Part shown: one piece after another, positions 8,468-19,863 of the stretch
How positions within the stretch are numbered: position 1 is the first letter of the stretch
Layout: every line of letters starts with the position of its first letter
NCBI GenBank assembly: GCA_964560425.1
Contig: CAZLLE010000011.1
Coordinates: 17,626-81,625 of the forward strand
From: an uncultured Campylobacterales bacterium
GTDB taxonomy: Bacteria; Campylobacterota; Campylobacteria; Campylobacterales; QNZT01
DNA length: 64,000 nucleotides
Direction of reading: 5' to 3'
The notes under the pieces: model-generated
Databases searched by the model: none
Seen by the model: the letters and a program-made list of their open reading frames with translations, nothing else
What the model was told of the DNA's origin: nothing
Made by a program: the position numbers and the translations under genes

Positions 8468-10414
8468 TTATAGTAAACAGCTTTGAATTTTTTGTACAAT
8501 TGAAGGATCTTCAAGAGTAGAGATATCTTGGGTAATTGGTTCACCTTTTGCAATTGATCTCAAAATTCTTCTCATGATCTTTCCTGATCTTGTTTTTGGA
8601 AGACCTGGAACAAATTTGATATCATCACACTTAGCAATAGCACCAATCTCTTGAACAATAAGTTTATTGATCTCTTGCACCATCTCAACCTCTTCAGCCA
8701 TAGTATCTTCACCTTTTAAAACAATATAAGCAAAAATTCCCTCACCTTTTATATCATGAGGTTTTCCTACAACTGCTACTTCAGCAACATGAGAATGTTT
8801 ATTTACTGCTGCTTCTACTTCAGCTGTACCCATTCTATGACCTGATACATTGATGACATCATCTGTACGACCTGTAATAGTAATATAACCATCTTCATCT
8901 ATCATTGCACCATCGCCAGTAAAATATACAGGTTGACCATCTTTTTTACAGTCACCAAAATATGATTTTTCAAATCTTTCAGGATCACCCCAAATAGTTC
9001 TGATCATACTAGGCCATGGTTTAGTAATACACATAAAACCTTTTTCACCAATAGGAGTAGGAGTACCATCCTCTTCTATTACCTCAGCAATAATTCCTGG
9101 TAGTGGGAATGTAGCACATCCCGGTTTGATAGGAGTAGCAAAAGGAAGAGGACTTATCATATGTCCACCTGTTTCAGTTTGCCAATATGTATCAACAATA
9201 GCACAATTATTATTTCCAATATCCTCATAATACCATTTCCATGCAGGAGGATCAATAGGCTCACCAACTGTTCCAAGAACTTTAAGTGAACTTAGATCAT
9301 ATTTTGCTGGTTCATCTGCACCAAGCTTATGAAGAAGTCTAATAGCTGTAGGAGCTGTATAAAATTGATTAATCTGATACTCTTCTACCATTTTCCAACA
9401 TCTTCCTGCATCAGGGAAAGTAGGAACACCCTCAAATATAACAGTAGTAGCACCCATTGCAAGAGGACCATAAACAATATAAGTATGACCTGTAATCCAA
9501 CCTACATCAGCTGTACACCAATAGGTATCATTATCTTTTACATCAAATACCCACTCCATTGTCATTTGAGCCCACAAAATATATCCAGCTGAACTATGTT
9601 GAACACCTTTTGGTTTTCCTGTACTTCCAGATGTATATAGTAAAAATAGAGGATCTTCACTATCCATTACTTCAGGCTCACATTTATTTGACTCATCTTT
9701 GATTAATTCATTATAACTATAATCTCGTCCAGATACCCACTCAATATCTTCACCATTTCGCTCAACAACACACACCTTCTTGACACATTCACAACCCTCT
9801 TCTAGTGCTTTATCAACTACAGGTTTGAGCATATATGGTTTGCCTTTTCTATAAGCTCCATCAGCTGTAACAACTAATTTTGCCTCTGCATCAATAATCC
9901 TATCTCTAAGAGCTTCAGAAGAGAAACCACCAAATACAATAGAGTGAATAGCACCTAATCTTGCACAAGCCAACATTGTGATAGCTGCTTCAGGAATCAT
10001 AGGCATATAGAGAACAACTCTATCACCTTTTTTGATATCAAATTTATTTTTAAATAGATTTGCCATTTTATTGACTTCATAACTTAGCTCTCGATAAGTT
10101 AAAATTCTCTGATCACCATTATCACCCTCAAAAATAATTGCTGCTTTATTCTTTTTGGTATCTAAATGTCTATCTACACATTGAGTAGAAACATTTAATT
10201 TTCCATCTATAAACCATTTATAAAAAGGTGCATTGCTCTCATCCAAAACTTTTGTATATGGAGATATCCAATCAATCTTTTCATTGGCGTAGTCACCCCA
10301 AAAACCTTCATAATCATCATTAGCTTTTTGCATCAAGGCATGATACTCATCCATACTCTTAATTCTTGCATCTTTAGCAAACTCTGCATTTGGTTGAAAA
10401 ATTTGTTTTTTCAT
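8468..10414 (-). CDS. acs: acetyl-CoA synthetase
   Basis: 648 aa with [31 protein letters not shown] and the C-terminal [11 protein letters not shown] motif. Confidence 0.95.
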   Translation of the reverse strand: MKKQIFQPNAEFAKDARIKSMDEYHALMQKANDDYEGFWGDYANEKIDWISPYTKVLDESNAPFYKWFIDGKLNVSTQCVDRHLDTKKNKAAIIFEGDNGDQRILTYRELSYEVNKMANLFKNKFDIKKGDRVVLYMPMIPEAAITMLACARLGAIHSIVFGGFSSEALRDRIIDAEAKLVVTADGAYRKGKPYMLKPVVDKALEEGCECVKKVCVVERNGEDIEWVSGRDYSYNELIKDESNKCEPEVMDSEDPLFLLYTSGSTGKPKGVQHSSAGYILWAQMTMEWVFDVKDNDTYWCTADVGWITGHTYIVYGPLAMGATTVIFEGVPTFPDAGRCWKMVEEYQINQFYTAPTAIRLLHKLGADEPAKYDLSSLKVLGTVGEPIDPPAWKWYYEDIGNNNCAIVDTYWQTETGGHMISPLPFATPIKPGCATFPLPGIIAEVIEEDGTPTPIGEKGFMCITKPWPSMIRTIWGDPERFEKSYFGDCKKDGQPVYFTGDGAMIDEDGYITITGRTDDVINVSGHRMGTAEVEAAVNKHSHVAEVAVVGKPHDIKGEGIFAYIVLKGEDTMAEEVEMVQEINKLIVQEIGAIAKCDDIKFVPGLPKTRSGKIMRRILRSIAKGEPITQDISTLEDPSIVQKIQSCLL

Positions 10415-10427
10415 ATATTCTCCTTAG

Positions 10428-11030
10428 TTAGTTTTGTTTTAATTTTAAAAATATCATTGCACTCATGATAGCATCATTTATTGCATCATGTTTACCCATC
10501 ATAGGTAGCTTTAACTCTCTCATAATCGTATCAAACCTCAAATCTACATGACCTTGAGGAATGCGTCCAATTTTAAAATCATAATAGAGTGCTGAAACCT
10601 CTATCTCTCTGTTTGGCAATGTAATCCCAAAACGAGGCTTGATATATTTATTAATCATTGCTACATCAAATTCTAGATAATAACCTACCAATTTTCGATT
10701 ACCTATAAAATCCAAAAAATCTTCAATAACATTATCTATATCGGATGCCTCTTCAAGATCACAAGCTCTAATTTGGTGAATTTTAATACTTGTTGCATCT
10801 AAACTCTTCTTGGGTTTTACAAACCGCTCAAACTTTTGACTAATTAAAATTTTATTATCTTTAATCTTAAGTGCACCAATAGAGATAATATCATCAACTT
10901 TAGGATCTAATCCCGTTGTTTCAACATCAAAACAGACATATTCATCATCAATAGGAGTATCAAAGAGATAACGATACCTCTCATCAGATAGGGACTTTTG
11001 ATTAAAATATTGTCTGATTCTATTGAACAT
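10428..11030 (-). CDS. DnaQ/DEDDh-type 3'-5' exonuclease
   Basis: CFDVETTGL (Exo I), the conserved His motif region HDAINDA near the C-terminus, and 200 aa length. Confidence 0.75.
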   Translation of the reverse strand: MFNRIRQYFNQKSLSDERYRYLFDTPIDDEYVCFDVETTGLDPKVDDIISIGALKIKDNKILISQKFERFVKPKKSLDATSIKIHQIRACDLEEASDIDNVIEDFLDFIGNRKLVGYYLEFDVAMINKYIKPRFGITLPNREIEVSALYYDFKIGRIPQGHVDLRFDTIMRELKLPMMGKHDAINDAIMSAMIFLKLKQN

Positions 11031-11038
11031 GACTAATT

Positions 11039-12862
11039 TTATCCTAATAAGTTTAACTTATAATGATAAGTTAAAAATTTCTTAAACTGATCCACAATTT
11101 TAAGTGCATCTTTGAGTAAATCTTTCTCAATTTTTGATAATTTTTTGGGATCAATATAGTTACTTGTATCTTCACCTCTTCCCAAATGATTCAAATTACT
11201 ACTCAACCTCAAATTTAAAAAGAAGGTAAAAGACTCAATTAAATCACCACTTAACTCTCTATCTATAACCCCTAAATCATTAAGTTTTTTTAATCTAATT
11301 ACTGTATTTGTCTCTAAAATCTTATGCTCAATACTTAAACTTCGCACACCATGAACAATAGCGAAAAGACCGCCCTTTTTAATATCTAATCCATTTTCGT
11401 CTGATACAAAATCACTAAATAGACCAAGAGGTGTCTCAAAACTAAGAGATGCTCTAGCAAAATGTGAAAAAAATACATTTGAAGGCTCTATATGTTTCAA
11501 AAGATAACTTTTTATATTCTCTAACAATCTACTATCTCCAGCTACACTCATCGCATCATAAATAATAGCCAAATTCATAAAACCATCACTATTTTGCAGA
11601 TCAACCCAATATGAAATTTTCTTTTGAAAGTCAGATTCACTCATTACCCATTTAGGATTGCTAATCATAATATTACCATCACACTTTGGATACCCAAAAG
11701 ATATTAAAGTCTCTGTAAAACTTATTGTAAAACTCTCCAAATCCTCTTTGTCTATCTGAAGATTATCTGATAATATCAAAGCATTGTCTTGATCTGTTTT
11801 TAGAATCTGCTCTTCTCTTCCTTCACTTCCCATAACAATAAGTGCGGAATACTCTAATAACTGTTTTGGAGCAGTAAGCAAAAAAAGCTTTTGAAAAATT
11901 TTACTATTTAATTGACTAATCAATTTAGAGATATACCTAACTTTTACACCTTTGGCAAATAGTGCTTTAGTGACTCTAATCAACTTTTCACTCACTTTTC
12001 TTAGATCATCAATATTTTGAGCTACCTCTATCTCATTTGAAATAGCATAAGTGTGTGAAGCAAAAAAACTTGATAAAGAGATTTGATCCAAAACTCCTAC
12101 CAAATTTTGTTCACTATCTTTTACAATTAATCTCTTAATATTATGTTTTGTCATTGTAAGTTGAGCATTAAAAAGAAACTCATTTGCATCAACCCCAATT
12201 AAACCAAAAGAGGCAAGTTTTCCTATATTTTCATCTGCCGATAATCTTTGCAAAATAAACTTTTCTCTAAAATCACTATCTGTAACGATACCAATATCAC
12301 CATCTTTATCCACAAGCAAACTATCTATAGACTCATCTTTCATAAGGAGTACACAATTATAAATAGAGAGTTTACAATCGACAATCAAAGGCTTTTGAAG
12401 ATAAGCATCTTTGACTCGTGAGACCATAAAATTTATAAGCTCTTGATTTTGTTCATCTGCTTTGTTTGTACTCAATTTTTGAGAAATAGATTGAAAAAAG
12501 TATTGTTCAAATGAAACATCCTCATGTAGTATCTCTATAAAAATATCTCTAGGAAGTATATAACAGATGCTCTCATCAATTGCTATAAAATCATGTTTGA
12601 GATGGTTTTCAATAAGAGAGACTGCATCAAAAAATTCATGATGACAAAAAAGAGAGATAACTTCATCTTCATCTCTCTCTTGAACTTTCCCTTTGATAAT
12701 AAAATATAGAAATAAAGGAGTATCAGCTTTTGACATTAAAACTTCATCTTTTTTAAAGTATGCAATATCAAGATTTGCAACTACTTTATCTAAAATTATC
12801 TGATTAATTTTATCAAAGGGAGGGATCCCTTTGATAAAACTTTTCTGCTCTAAAAGTTGCAT
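11039..12862 (-). CDS. cNMP-binding + CBS pair + DUF294-type putative nucleotidyltransferase
   Basis: N-terminal cyclic-nucleotide-binding-like fold, central CBS-like repeats, then GSEGREEQILKTDQDNAL (NTase G[SG]-x-D-x-D-like). Stop/start is shared with actP at 12862. Confidence 0.7.
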   Translation of the reverse strand: MQLLEQKSFIKGIPPFDKINQIILDKVVANLDIAYFKKDEVLMSKADTPLFLYFIIKGKVQERDEDEVISLFCHHEFFDAVSLIENHLKHDFIAIDESICYILPRDIFIEILHEDVSFEQYFFQSISQKLSTNKADEQNQELINFMVSRVKDAYLQKPLIVDCKLSIYNCVLLMKDESIDSLLVDKDGDIGIVTDSDFREKFILQRLSADENIGKLASFGLIGVDANEFLFNAQLTMTKHNIKRLIVKDSEQNLVGVLDQISLSSFFASHTYAISNEIEVAQNIDDLRKVSEKLIRVTKALFAKGVKVRYISKLISQLNSKIFQKLFLLTAPKQLLEYSALIVMGSEGREEQILKTDQDNALILSDNLQIDKEDLESFTISFTETLISFGYPKCDGNIMISNPKWVMSESDFQKKISYWVDLQNSDGFMNLAIIYDAMSVAGDSRLLENIKSYLLKHIEPSNVFFSHFARASLSFETPLGLFSDFVSDENGLDIKKGGLFAIVHGVRSLSIEHKILETNTVIRLKKLNDLGVIDRELSGDLIESFTFFLNLRLSSNLNHLGRGEDTSNYIDPKKLSKIEKDLLKDALKIVDQFKKFLTYHYKLNLLG

Positions 12863-14514
12863 TAGTGAGAAGATGCTCCCTCAGCACCAATACCCGTTTG
12901 ACATCTAATATCTTGAATATCAAATGCTTCTCTCTCTTTTTTGGCTTCATCACTATTATCAGTAATAGAGAAAAACCAAATACCAATAAATGATACTGTT
13001 ACAGAAAATAGAGCTGGATATTTATATGGGAAGATTGCTTCTGCATTACCCAAAATTTGAACCCAAACAATAGGACCTAAAATAACCAACATAATCGCTG
13101 TCGCAAGTCCTAAAGTACCACCAATTACAGCACCTCTTGTAGTCAATTTTTTCCAATAAATTGAAAGAAAAAGAATTGGAAAGTTTGCCGAAGCAGCAAT
13201 AGCAAATGCTAGACCCACCATAAATGCAATATTTTGTTTCTCAAATGTAATACCAAGAATAATAGCAATAATACCCAAACCAACTGTTGCCATTTTTGAT
13301 ACTCTCATCTCTTTTTGCTCATCCACTTTTCCAGATGTAAAAGCATTTGCATATAGATCATGACTCACTGCCGAAGCACCTGCAAGTGTAAGACCCGAAA
13401 CAACTGCTAAAATTGTTGCAAATGCAACAGCAGAGATAAACCCAAGAAATAGATCACCACCAACAGCATGACTTAGATGAATAGCTGCCATATTATTACC
13501 ACCAAAGAGCGTACCTTTTGCTACATCTAAATATTCTGGATTTTGAGATACTAAAACAATCGCACCAAAACCAATAATAAAAGTAAGAATATAGAAATAC
13601 CCTATAAAACCAGTTGCATAAAATACTGATTTTCTAGCCTCTTTTGCATCTGCTACAGTAAAAAATCTCATCAAAATATGAGGAAGCCCAGCCGTACCAA
13701 ACATAAGAGCAATACCAAGAGATATAGCCGAAACAGGATCACTCACAAGTCCACCGGGACTCATAATATCTAAACCATTTTTATGTACTTCCGTTGCACC
13801 TTTGAATAACTCTTCAAAACTAAATCCAAAGTGATAAAGTACAGCAATAGCCATAAATGTTGCACCTGAGAGAAGAAGAAATGCTTTAATAATTTGAACC
13901 CAAGTCGTAGCCAACATTCCTCCAAAAGTTACATAAGCAATCATGAGAAGTCCAACCAAAATAACGGCAAACTCATAAGGAAGACCAAAAAGAACCTGAA
14001 TTAACTTTCCAGAACCAACCATTTGAGCAATCAAATATAAAATAACGGTTGCAATAGAACCAAATGCTGCCAAAATTCTAATAGGTTTTTGTCGTAAACG
14101 ATATGAAGCAACATCAGCAAAAGTATATTTACCCAAATTTCTAAGCTGTTCTGCAATCATAAAAAGAATAACGGGCCAACCTACCAAAAATCCAATAGAG
14201 TAGATAAGACCATCATAACCTTTTAAATATACAAGCCCTGAAATACCAAGAAATGATGCCGCAGACATATAATCACCTGCAATTGCCAAACCATTTTGAA
14301 AACCAGTAATTCCTCCACCAGCAGTATAAAAATCTTTTGCTGTTTTTGTTCTTTTGGCTGCCCAATAGGTGATAAATAGTGTAGCACCAACAAAAATTAG
14401 AAACATCACAACAGCAGCAACATTTAGATCTCTCTGCCCTGAAACTCCAGCATCTCCACCAGAGGCAACCAAAGATAAAGAAGATAGTAAAAATAGAATA
14501 ATTAACCTTTTCAT
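12862..14514 (-). CDS. actP: cation/acetate symporter (SSS family)
   Basis: 550 aa, about 13-14 TM. Preceded by a DUF485 gene with a 4-nt overlap, and lies in the same operon as acs. Confidence 0.85.
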   Translation of the reverse strand: MKRLIILFLLSSLSLVASGGDAGVSGQRDLNVAAVVMFLIFVGATLFITYWAAKRTKTAKDFYTAGGGITGFQNGLAIAGDYMSAASFLGISGLVYLKGYDGLIYSIGFLVGWPVILFMIAEQLRNLGKYTFADVASYRLRQKPIRILAAFGSIATVILYLIAQMVGSGKLIQVLFGLPYEFAVILVGLLMIAYVTFGGMLATTWVQIIKAFLLLSGATFMAIAVLYHFGFSFEELFKGATEVHKNGLDIMSPGGLVSDPVSAISLGIALMFGTAGLPHILMRFFTVADAKEARKSVFYATGFIGYFYILTFIIGFGAIVLVSQNPEYLDVAKGTLFGGNNMAAIHLSHAVGGDLFLGFISAVAFATILAVVSGLTLAGASAVSHDLYANAFTSGKVDEQKEMRVSKMATVGLGIIAIILGITFEKQNIAFMVGLAFAIAASANFPILFLSIYWKKLTTRGAVIGGTLGLATAIMLVILGPIVWVQILGNAEAIFPYKYPALFSVTVSFIGIWFFSITDNSDEAKKEREAFDIQDIRCQTGIGAEGASSH

Positions 14515-14828
14515 GACTCCAAATCTCCTCTTAAATCTTCTTTTACTTTTCTTGTCAAATCATCAAATTCACCATTGGCTCTTTTTGTATATATACCAGC
14601 CATAATAAATGAGAATAGAATAATTATAATTCCAATAGGAATACCTATTGTCGTAACACCACCCATACTAGTACCTAGTGTTTCAGGACTAAATGCTATT
14701 GTTAATATAAAGGCATAATATACAACCAATATAATAATAGTCATCTTCCATGCAAAAGAGCTTCTTTTTGTAACCAACTCTTGATAAGAAGGATTATTTT
14801 TAATTTTTTCAACCATATTTTTATCCAT
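14511..14828 (-). CDS. DUF485 (YjcH-like) small inner-membrane protein
   Basis: 105 aa with 2 TM, in the canonical position directly upstream of actP. Confidence 0.8.
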   Translation of the reverse strand: MDKNMVEKIKNNPSYQELVTKRSSFAWKMTIIILVVYYAFILTIAFSPETLGTSMGGVTTIGIPIGIIIILFSFIMAGIYTKRANGEFDDLTRKVKEDLRGDLES

Positions 14829-14872
14829 GTTTCTCTCCTTTTAATATTTTTTGTTTGGCAATGCCAAATCTT

Positions 14873-16180
14873 CTAGAAATTATAATTTACAATAAATCTA
14901 TATTCACTCCAGTCAAGCCCCTCTACAAAATCTGTTGGGAAGTTTCCTCTAAGTCTAAGTTGCAAGTTTTTCACACTTGAAGGGTAATATTGAAGATCAA
15001 AGCCAAACTCATTTTCAGTCCAATCTACACCATTTTTAACACCATTATCAGCCCCAACATCATAATTTACATAATATAGTGCAGATTTTACCTTACCTGT
15101 GGCAATTGAAGTATTATAACTAGTCGCTACCTTCCAAGCAGAAGTATCAGCAAAAAACATATGTCTTGTAACCATACCTTGCGTAAATGCTGGCATACCA
15201 CCCCATGGAGTAATAATACCACCATTTGTAGCACTACCTACACTAGAATCTGTTTGTGAGTAAGCTCCATATAGACTAAACGAATTATATTTACCACCTA
15301 TTTTAAAGCCATAATATGTACTATCAACATCACCTGCAAATTTATCACCAATATCACTCTCTGAAATTAGTTGAAAAGATGCAAATGGTTTAAGAGTATC
15401 AGAGTATATACATTTCCATTTTATATCAGCTTGAGCATAAATAGCATTCAAAATATCATGAGCATAATAGTCCCAAAGTTGTATAGTTGTATTTTGAACA
15501 CCATTATAAATCATAGCTGCCACAGTTACTCCAGCAGTATCTTCTCCAACAGCATAAGTTCCCATATTTTTAAATTTTCCACTTATATTATTGAGTCCAT
15601 AGCCTGAATGTAAAGATAGAGTGTTGCTTCCATATTGATTTGAAAATGTACCCGCTGCCATTTTTGCAACATGTCCCAATACTAAAGTAGTATCAATAAG
15701 ATCACTATTTGTCAAAACAGCTGCTTCAAAAAGATTTGGCAACATTCGAGCATCATCAGCAGAAGCTAATGGAGTATTTAGTTTTTGACGACCAATAGTC
15801 AAGGTGGTAGTACCGCCAACATATTTCATATATGCCTCACCCAAAATATGATAACTCTCTTTTCCTTCACCAAAAAGAGATGGATTTACCTTATCTTCAG
15901 TATCACTATTGACTCCAATATCTTGAGTAGTATAAAAAGCCGCACCAAAACTTACACCCTCAATAGGTGCAGTCTCTATTTTTAAATGCCCACCAAGAGC
16001 AAAAGCACTTCTATCTGTTTGAGTATCACCGATAGTACCACTTCTATCTCTTGTAATATAAAATGCCCTAATTTGACCACTTGTTTTTGCATTTGCAAAA
16101 GCCTCCTCCAAACTATCTGCACCACTAGCACCAATCGCACTTGCCAATAGTAGAGATAAACCAACATTAAAATATTTCAT
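14873..16180 (-). CDS. outer-membrane porin (OprD-like beta-barrel)
   Basis: Signal peptide, alternating beta-strand pattern and a C-terminal VNYNF. First gene of the acetate block. Confidence 0.6.
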   Translation of the reverse strand: MKYFNVGLSLLLASAIGASGADSLEEAFANAKTSGQIRAFYITRDRSGTIGDTQTDRSAFALGGHLKIETAPIEGVSFGAAFYTTQDIGVNSDTEDKVNPSLFGEGKESYHILGEAYMKYVGGTTTLTIGRQKLNTPLASADDARMLPNLFEAAVLTNSDLIDTTLVLGHVAKMAAGTFSNQYGSNTLSLHSGYGLNNISGKFKNMGTYAVGEDTAGVTVAAMIYNGVQNTTIQLWDYYAHDILNAIYAQADIKWKCIYSDTLKPFASFQLISESDIGDKFAGDVDSTYYGFKIGGKYNSFSLYGAYSQTDSSVGSATNGGIITPWGGMPAFTQGMVTRHMFFADTSAWKVATSYNTSIATGKVKSALYYVNYDVGADNGVKNGVDWTENEFGFDLQYYPSSVKNLQLRLRGNFPTDFVEGLDWSEYRFIVNYNF

Positions 16181-16343
16181 AAAACTTCCTCCTTAATATA
16201 AAAGCCTTATAAAAAGTTTAGATAAGAAGTGTAGCATTAGCATAGCAAAAGAGAAAAAGTTAAAAATATTATAAGTTTTAACTATAATATGTGTAGTTTT
16301 GAAACATATTTGTCTATTGGATATATTAATTAAGTAAAAGTAT

Positions 16344-17012
16344 TTAAACTTTTGTATATCGTTCAACCCTATAGCCAACACCCTTAATATTTTGAATAAA
16401 GTCCTCTTTGAGAGTTCTTCTAAGACGACTTATTTCAGCACGAATTGTTGCATTATCTACAGGTTCATGATTCCAAGCAAATGCACGAAATTGATCAAAG
16501 CTTACATTCATGCCAATGTTTTTACATAAAAGTTCCAATATCAAAGATTGTTTTTTTGTAAGTGTTTGTACTTTGGCATAATAATAAACCTCGTTTTTAT
16601 CTCTAAAATAACTATAATTTTTACTAATCATAATATGATACTTACTTTGAAATGGAAGTTGTCTAATAATTTTATTGATTCTAAGTCCCAACTCTTTTAG
16701 ATGAAAAGGCTTTTTTAGATAATCAGAAGCACCTAGCTCAAATGCCCTACTAATATCTTCAATATCTAATAATGCACTAATAAAAATTACTGGTGTAAAA
16801 TTTTGTCTACTACTCAATATTTCCAAAAGTTCAAATCCATCAATATGAGGAACATTAATATCAAGTACCAAAATATCAAAAGTCTCCTCTTCTAATATTT
16901 TTACAGCTTTTTTACCACTACTAAAACTTTTGACAATATGACCTAGTGCATTTAAATACTCCTCTATTGAGCTTTGCAACATTAATTCATCTTCAAGAAG
17001 TAGTATTTTCAC
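16344..17012 (-). CDS. OmpR/PhoB-family response regulator
   Basis: Receiver (MKILLLEDE, DILVLDINVP, KKPF) plus a winged-helix output domain ending KGVGYRV. Confidence 0.9.
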   Translation of the reverse strand: MKILLLEDELMLQSSIEEYLNALGHIVKSFSSGKKAVKILEEETFDILVLDINVPHIDGFELLEILSSRQNFTPVIFISALLDIEDISRAFELGASDYLKKPFHLKELGLRINKIIRQLPFQSKYHIMISKNYSYFRDKNEVYYYAKVQTLTKKQSLILELLCKNIGMNVSFDQFRAFAWNHEPVDNATIRAEISRLRRTLKEDFIQNIKGVGYRVERYTKV

Positions 17013-18609
17013 TCAAATCCTTAAAAAAATATCTAAAACTATTTTGTCCATTTTGTGATAATATTTCAATATCTACACTATTTTTATTACAAATCTCTTT
17101 GACAATATGTAAACCTATACCAAAACCACCTCTAGAACTATTTTCTCTATAAAATCTCTCAAATAGATGATTAGGATTGTGAATCTCATCTCCCATACTT
17201 ACCACTTCCAAAACTATTTTTTCATGCTTGTTAAAAAGCTTGACTTTTACCGTCGAATCTTCAAAACCATATTTTATCGCATTTGATATATTATTATCAC
17301 AAATGCGTTGGAGTTCAACTTCATTAAACTCTATTTTTATATCTGGTTCAATATCAGCATAGAGTGTAATATGATTTCCAAATGCAACTTCGTAAAAAAA
17401 ATCAACTCTCTCTTTAAGTATTTTTGAAAAATCCAAAAGACTTTTTTTATACTCTAAATGATCTTTTTTAGCAAGAAAGCTTAGATCATTATAGATATTA
17501 TGGATAATTTTTACAGCAGCTTCTATCTTTGAAAGATAACGATTCTTTGGATTATTCATATTGTAAAGATCAATATTTGTCATGATAATACTGAGTGGAG
17601 TATTGATCTCATGAGTAGCATTTTTGATAAATTTATCCTGCTTTTCCACTAAAACTTCAGCAAACTCTTTTGCATTTTGGAGTTTTTTAGTCTTTACTTC
17701 TACTCTAAATTCAAGATTTTTATTAAGCTCTTCAAGAGCAACTTTTTGATCTTTGATCTCCTCTACCATATTATTAATATCTTTGGAAATCTTAATAAAT
17801 TCATCATACCGAAGCTCATCTAAATCAAGCTTTTTGTAGGTTGAAGAGATTGTTTTTAGATTGTTTTGTATATATCCTATATCTTTAGTAATTGTAGAGG
17901 CAAAATATCTATATATAGCCATGCCTATAAAAAAAAGAATTGTCGAAAGAGATAAAATACCCACAATATATTTTGAGACTCTATTATTATAAGCCAATTT
18001 TTTCTTCTTTATTGCAGCATATACATCATCCAAATATACCCCCGAACCAACCATCCAATGCCAAGGAGCATAAGATGAGGCATAAGATATTTTTGGTGAA
18101 GAGGTATTTACAAGGGGTTTATTCCAAACATATTCTACAAATCCACCACCATCTTGTTTGGATACTTTAATAAGTTCAGAAATCACCTCTTTACCATTTG
18201 AATCTTTTACATGCAAGAGATTTTTACCAGCATTCTCTTTTAGTATAGGATCAGCAATATTAATACCATCAAAAGTATATATAAAAATATACCCTGAACC
18301 ATCTCTCTCATTACGCATCTGTTCAATAGCATCAACTATTTCAGATTGTAACTCTTTTAATGGTTTATTATTACTATTTTGATGTTTATAAGCTATATAG
18401 TTCAAAGCTCTATTTGTCTCTTGTTTTATAAGCTCTTTTTGATTTTGAATATACTCTTTTTCAATATTTTCAATCTCTATTTTATTATCATTATGAAGAT
18501 TATATATAATAAAAACAAGTACAAAAATAGTAAGCATTGCAACCAAAAAGACACTTAAGGCATTTGCTTGATTAATCCCTTTATGATAAAAAATTCTTTT
18601 CATAATCAA
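16993..18609 (-). CDS. sensor histidine kinase with periplasmic Cache-type domain
   Basis: TM, a Cache-like region (GSGYIFIYTFDG...), TM, coiled coil, H-box HEINTPLS, and an ATPase region with GGFGIGL. 20-nt overlap with the regulator gene. Confidence 0.85.
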   Translation of the reverse strand: MIMKRIFYHKGINQANALSVFLVAMLTIFVLVFIIYNLHNDNKIEIENIEKEYIQNQKELIKQETNRALNYIAYKHQNSNNKPLKELQSEIVDAIEQMRNERDGSGYIFIYTFDGINIADPILKENAGKNLLHVKDSNGKEVISELIKVSKQDGGGFVEYVWNKPLVNTSSPKISYASSYAPWHWMVGSGVYLDDVYAAIKKKKLAYNNRVSKYIVGILSLSTILFFIGMAIYRYFASTITKDIGYIQNNLKTISSTYKKLDLDELRYDEFIKISKDINNMVEEIKDQKVALEELNKNLEFRVEVKTKKLQNAKEFAEVLVEKQDKFIKNATHEINTPLSIIMTNIDLYNMNNPKNRYLSKIEAAVKIIHNIYNDLSFLAKKDHLEYKKSLLDFSKILKERVDFFYEVAFGNHITLYADIEPDIKIEFNEVELQRICDNNISNAIKYGFEDSTVKVKLFNKHEKIVLEVVSMGDEIHNPNHLFERFYRENSSRGGFGIGLHIVKEICNKNSVDIEILSQNGQNSFRYFFKDLSENTTS

Positions 18610-18623
18610 CTTAAATTTGGGAT

Positions 18624-19778
18624 TTATACTACCCCCTTACATACTGTATTTAATATTTTTGCCTCTTTAGGATCAAAAATTACTAAATCAGCTATATATC
18701 CCTCTTCTACTTTTCCAATATTTTTCAAACCTAAAATTTTAGCAGGATTAAAACTAATCATCTCACTAAGTTTAGACAAGGAGATAATTCCACTCTCAAC
18801 CAAAGATCTATAACATATAGATAAAAAGTTTTCCATAGCATCAATACCATAAGCCGCATCAGCAAAAGGTACATCTTTATATACTATTGATTTAGGAGAG
18901 TGTAAAGATGTGATTGTATCAATCTTTCCACTTTTAAGATCTTCTATTAACATTAATCTCTCTTTTTCATCTCTCAATGGTGGATGAATTTTTGATGTAG
19001 TATTAAAATCTAAACATGCACTATCATTTAATATTAGATGATGAATTGAAACTTCTGTATAAAGATTGGGGTTATTACTTTTTGCTTTATTGATAATATC
19101 CAAAGATTTACTAAGCGAGAGTGATTGAAAAAGCACTTTTGATTGATAATATTCAGCCATTGCACAAACACGAGCAACTGAACTAATCTCTCCAACTTTA
19201 CTTATCCCCAAAAGCCCCAACTTTGCAGAAATATCTCCCTCATTCATAACTCCATCATCATTGAGAGAGGGATCATCACAAAAACAGAAAAATGGAACAC
19301 TCTTCATATTTGAATATTGTAAAATTCTTCGTATCAAATTACTACTAATAGATGAACTCTCTTGGATAAACTCAGCACCCTTATTAATCAATCTAGAGAT
19401 ATTATATAATCTATCTTCATCTACTGCCTTTACACCCAATACAACAGGAGAGGAGCTCTCTATAATCTCATTTAAAAGCTCCATAAATGTTGCATTATTT
19501 GCCATTGGCTCAAAATTAGGCATTAGAGCAAAAGAGGTAATACCACTTCTAAGAGCTTTTTGTTGCAATCGACTTATATGTGACATACTCAACATATTAT
19601 CTTTAAGTGATACATTTAGATCAACAATACCAGCTAAAACATAAGCTTCATTAACATCAATAACACTACTCACATCAGAACAATCTATATTTTTAACAAT
19701 CTGTATAATCTTTGAATCTTCTATTTTTATATCATACACTTCATCATTAGCTAATCTACAATTTTTTAGTACTAACAC
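18624..19778 (-). CDS. dihydroorotase-like protein, probably non-catalytic (PyrC'-type)
   Basis: Amidohydrolase-fold-like sequence. Where the metal-binding DxHxH would sit, it reads GIVDLNVSLKD, with no His pair. Confidence 0.6.
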   Translation of the reverse strand: MLVLKNCRLANDEVYDIKIEDSKIIQIVKNIDCSDVSSVIDVNEAYVLAGIVDLNVSLKDNMLSMSHISRLQQKALRSGITSFALMPNFEPMANNATFMELLNEIIESSSPVVLGVKAVDEDRLYNISRLINKGAEFIQESSSISSNLIRRILQYSNMKSVPFFCFCDDPSLNDDGVMNEGDISAKLGLLGISKVGEISSVARVCAMAEYYQSKVLFQSLSLSKSLDIINKAKSNNPNLYTEVSIHHLILNDSACLDFNTTSKIHPPLRDEKERLMLIEDLKSGKIDTITSLHSPKSIVYKDVPFADAAYGIDAMENFLSICYRSLVESGIISLSKLSEMISFNPAKILGLKNIGKVEEGYIADLVIFDPKEAKILNTVCKGVV

Positions 19779-19863
19779 ATCTAACTCCTTAAAAAAACAT
19801 GTTATCCAAAAAGATAATTAAATTTCGATATAATGCTCCCCAAATTTTTAAAAAGGTAATTTA

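Noticed and set aside
16232-16243. TAGCAT-TAGCAT tandem hexamer upstream of the porin gene
   Set aside because: It is only 12 bp, with no second copy at helical spacing and no counterpart elsewhere in the window. That is too little to call a regulator site.
16193-16381. 62-aa ORF in the gap between the response regulator and the porin gene
   Set aside because: It overlaps the 3' end of the regulator gene and the AT-rich promoter region. The peptide is low-complexity and there is no RBS. The region is better read as the porin promoter.
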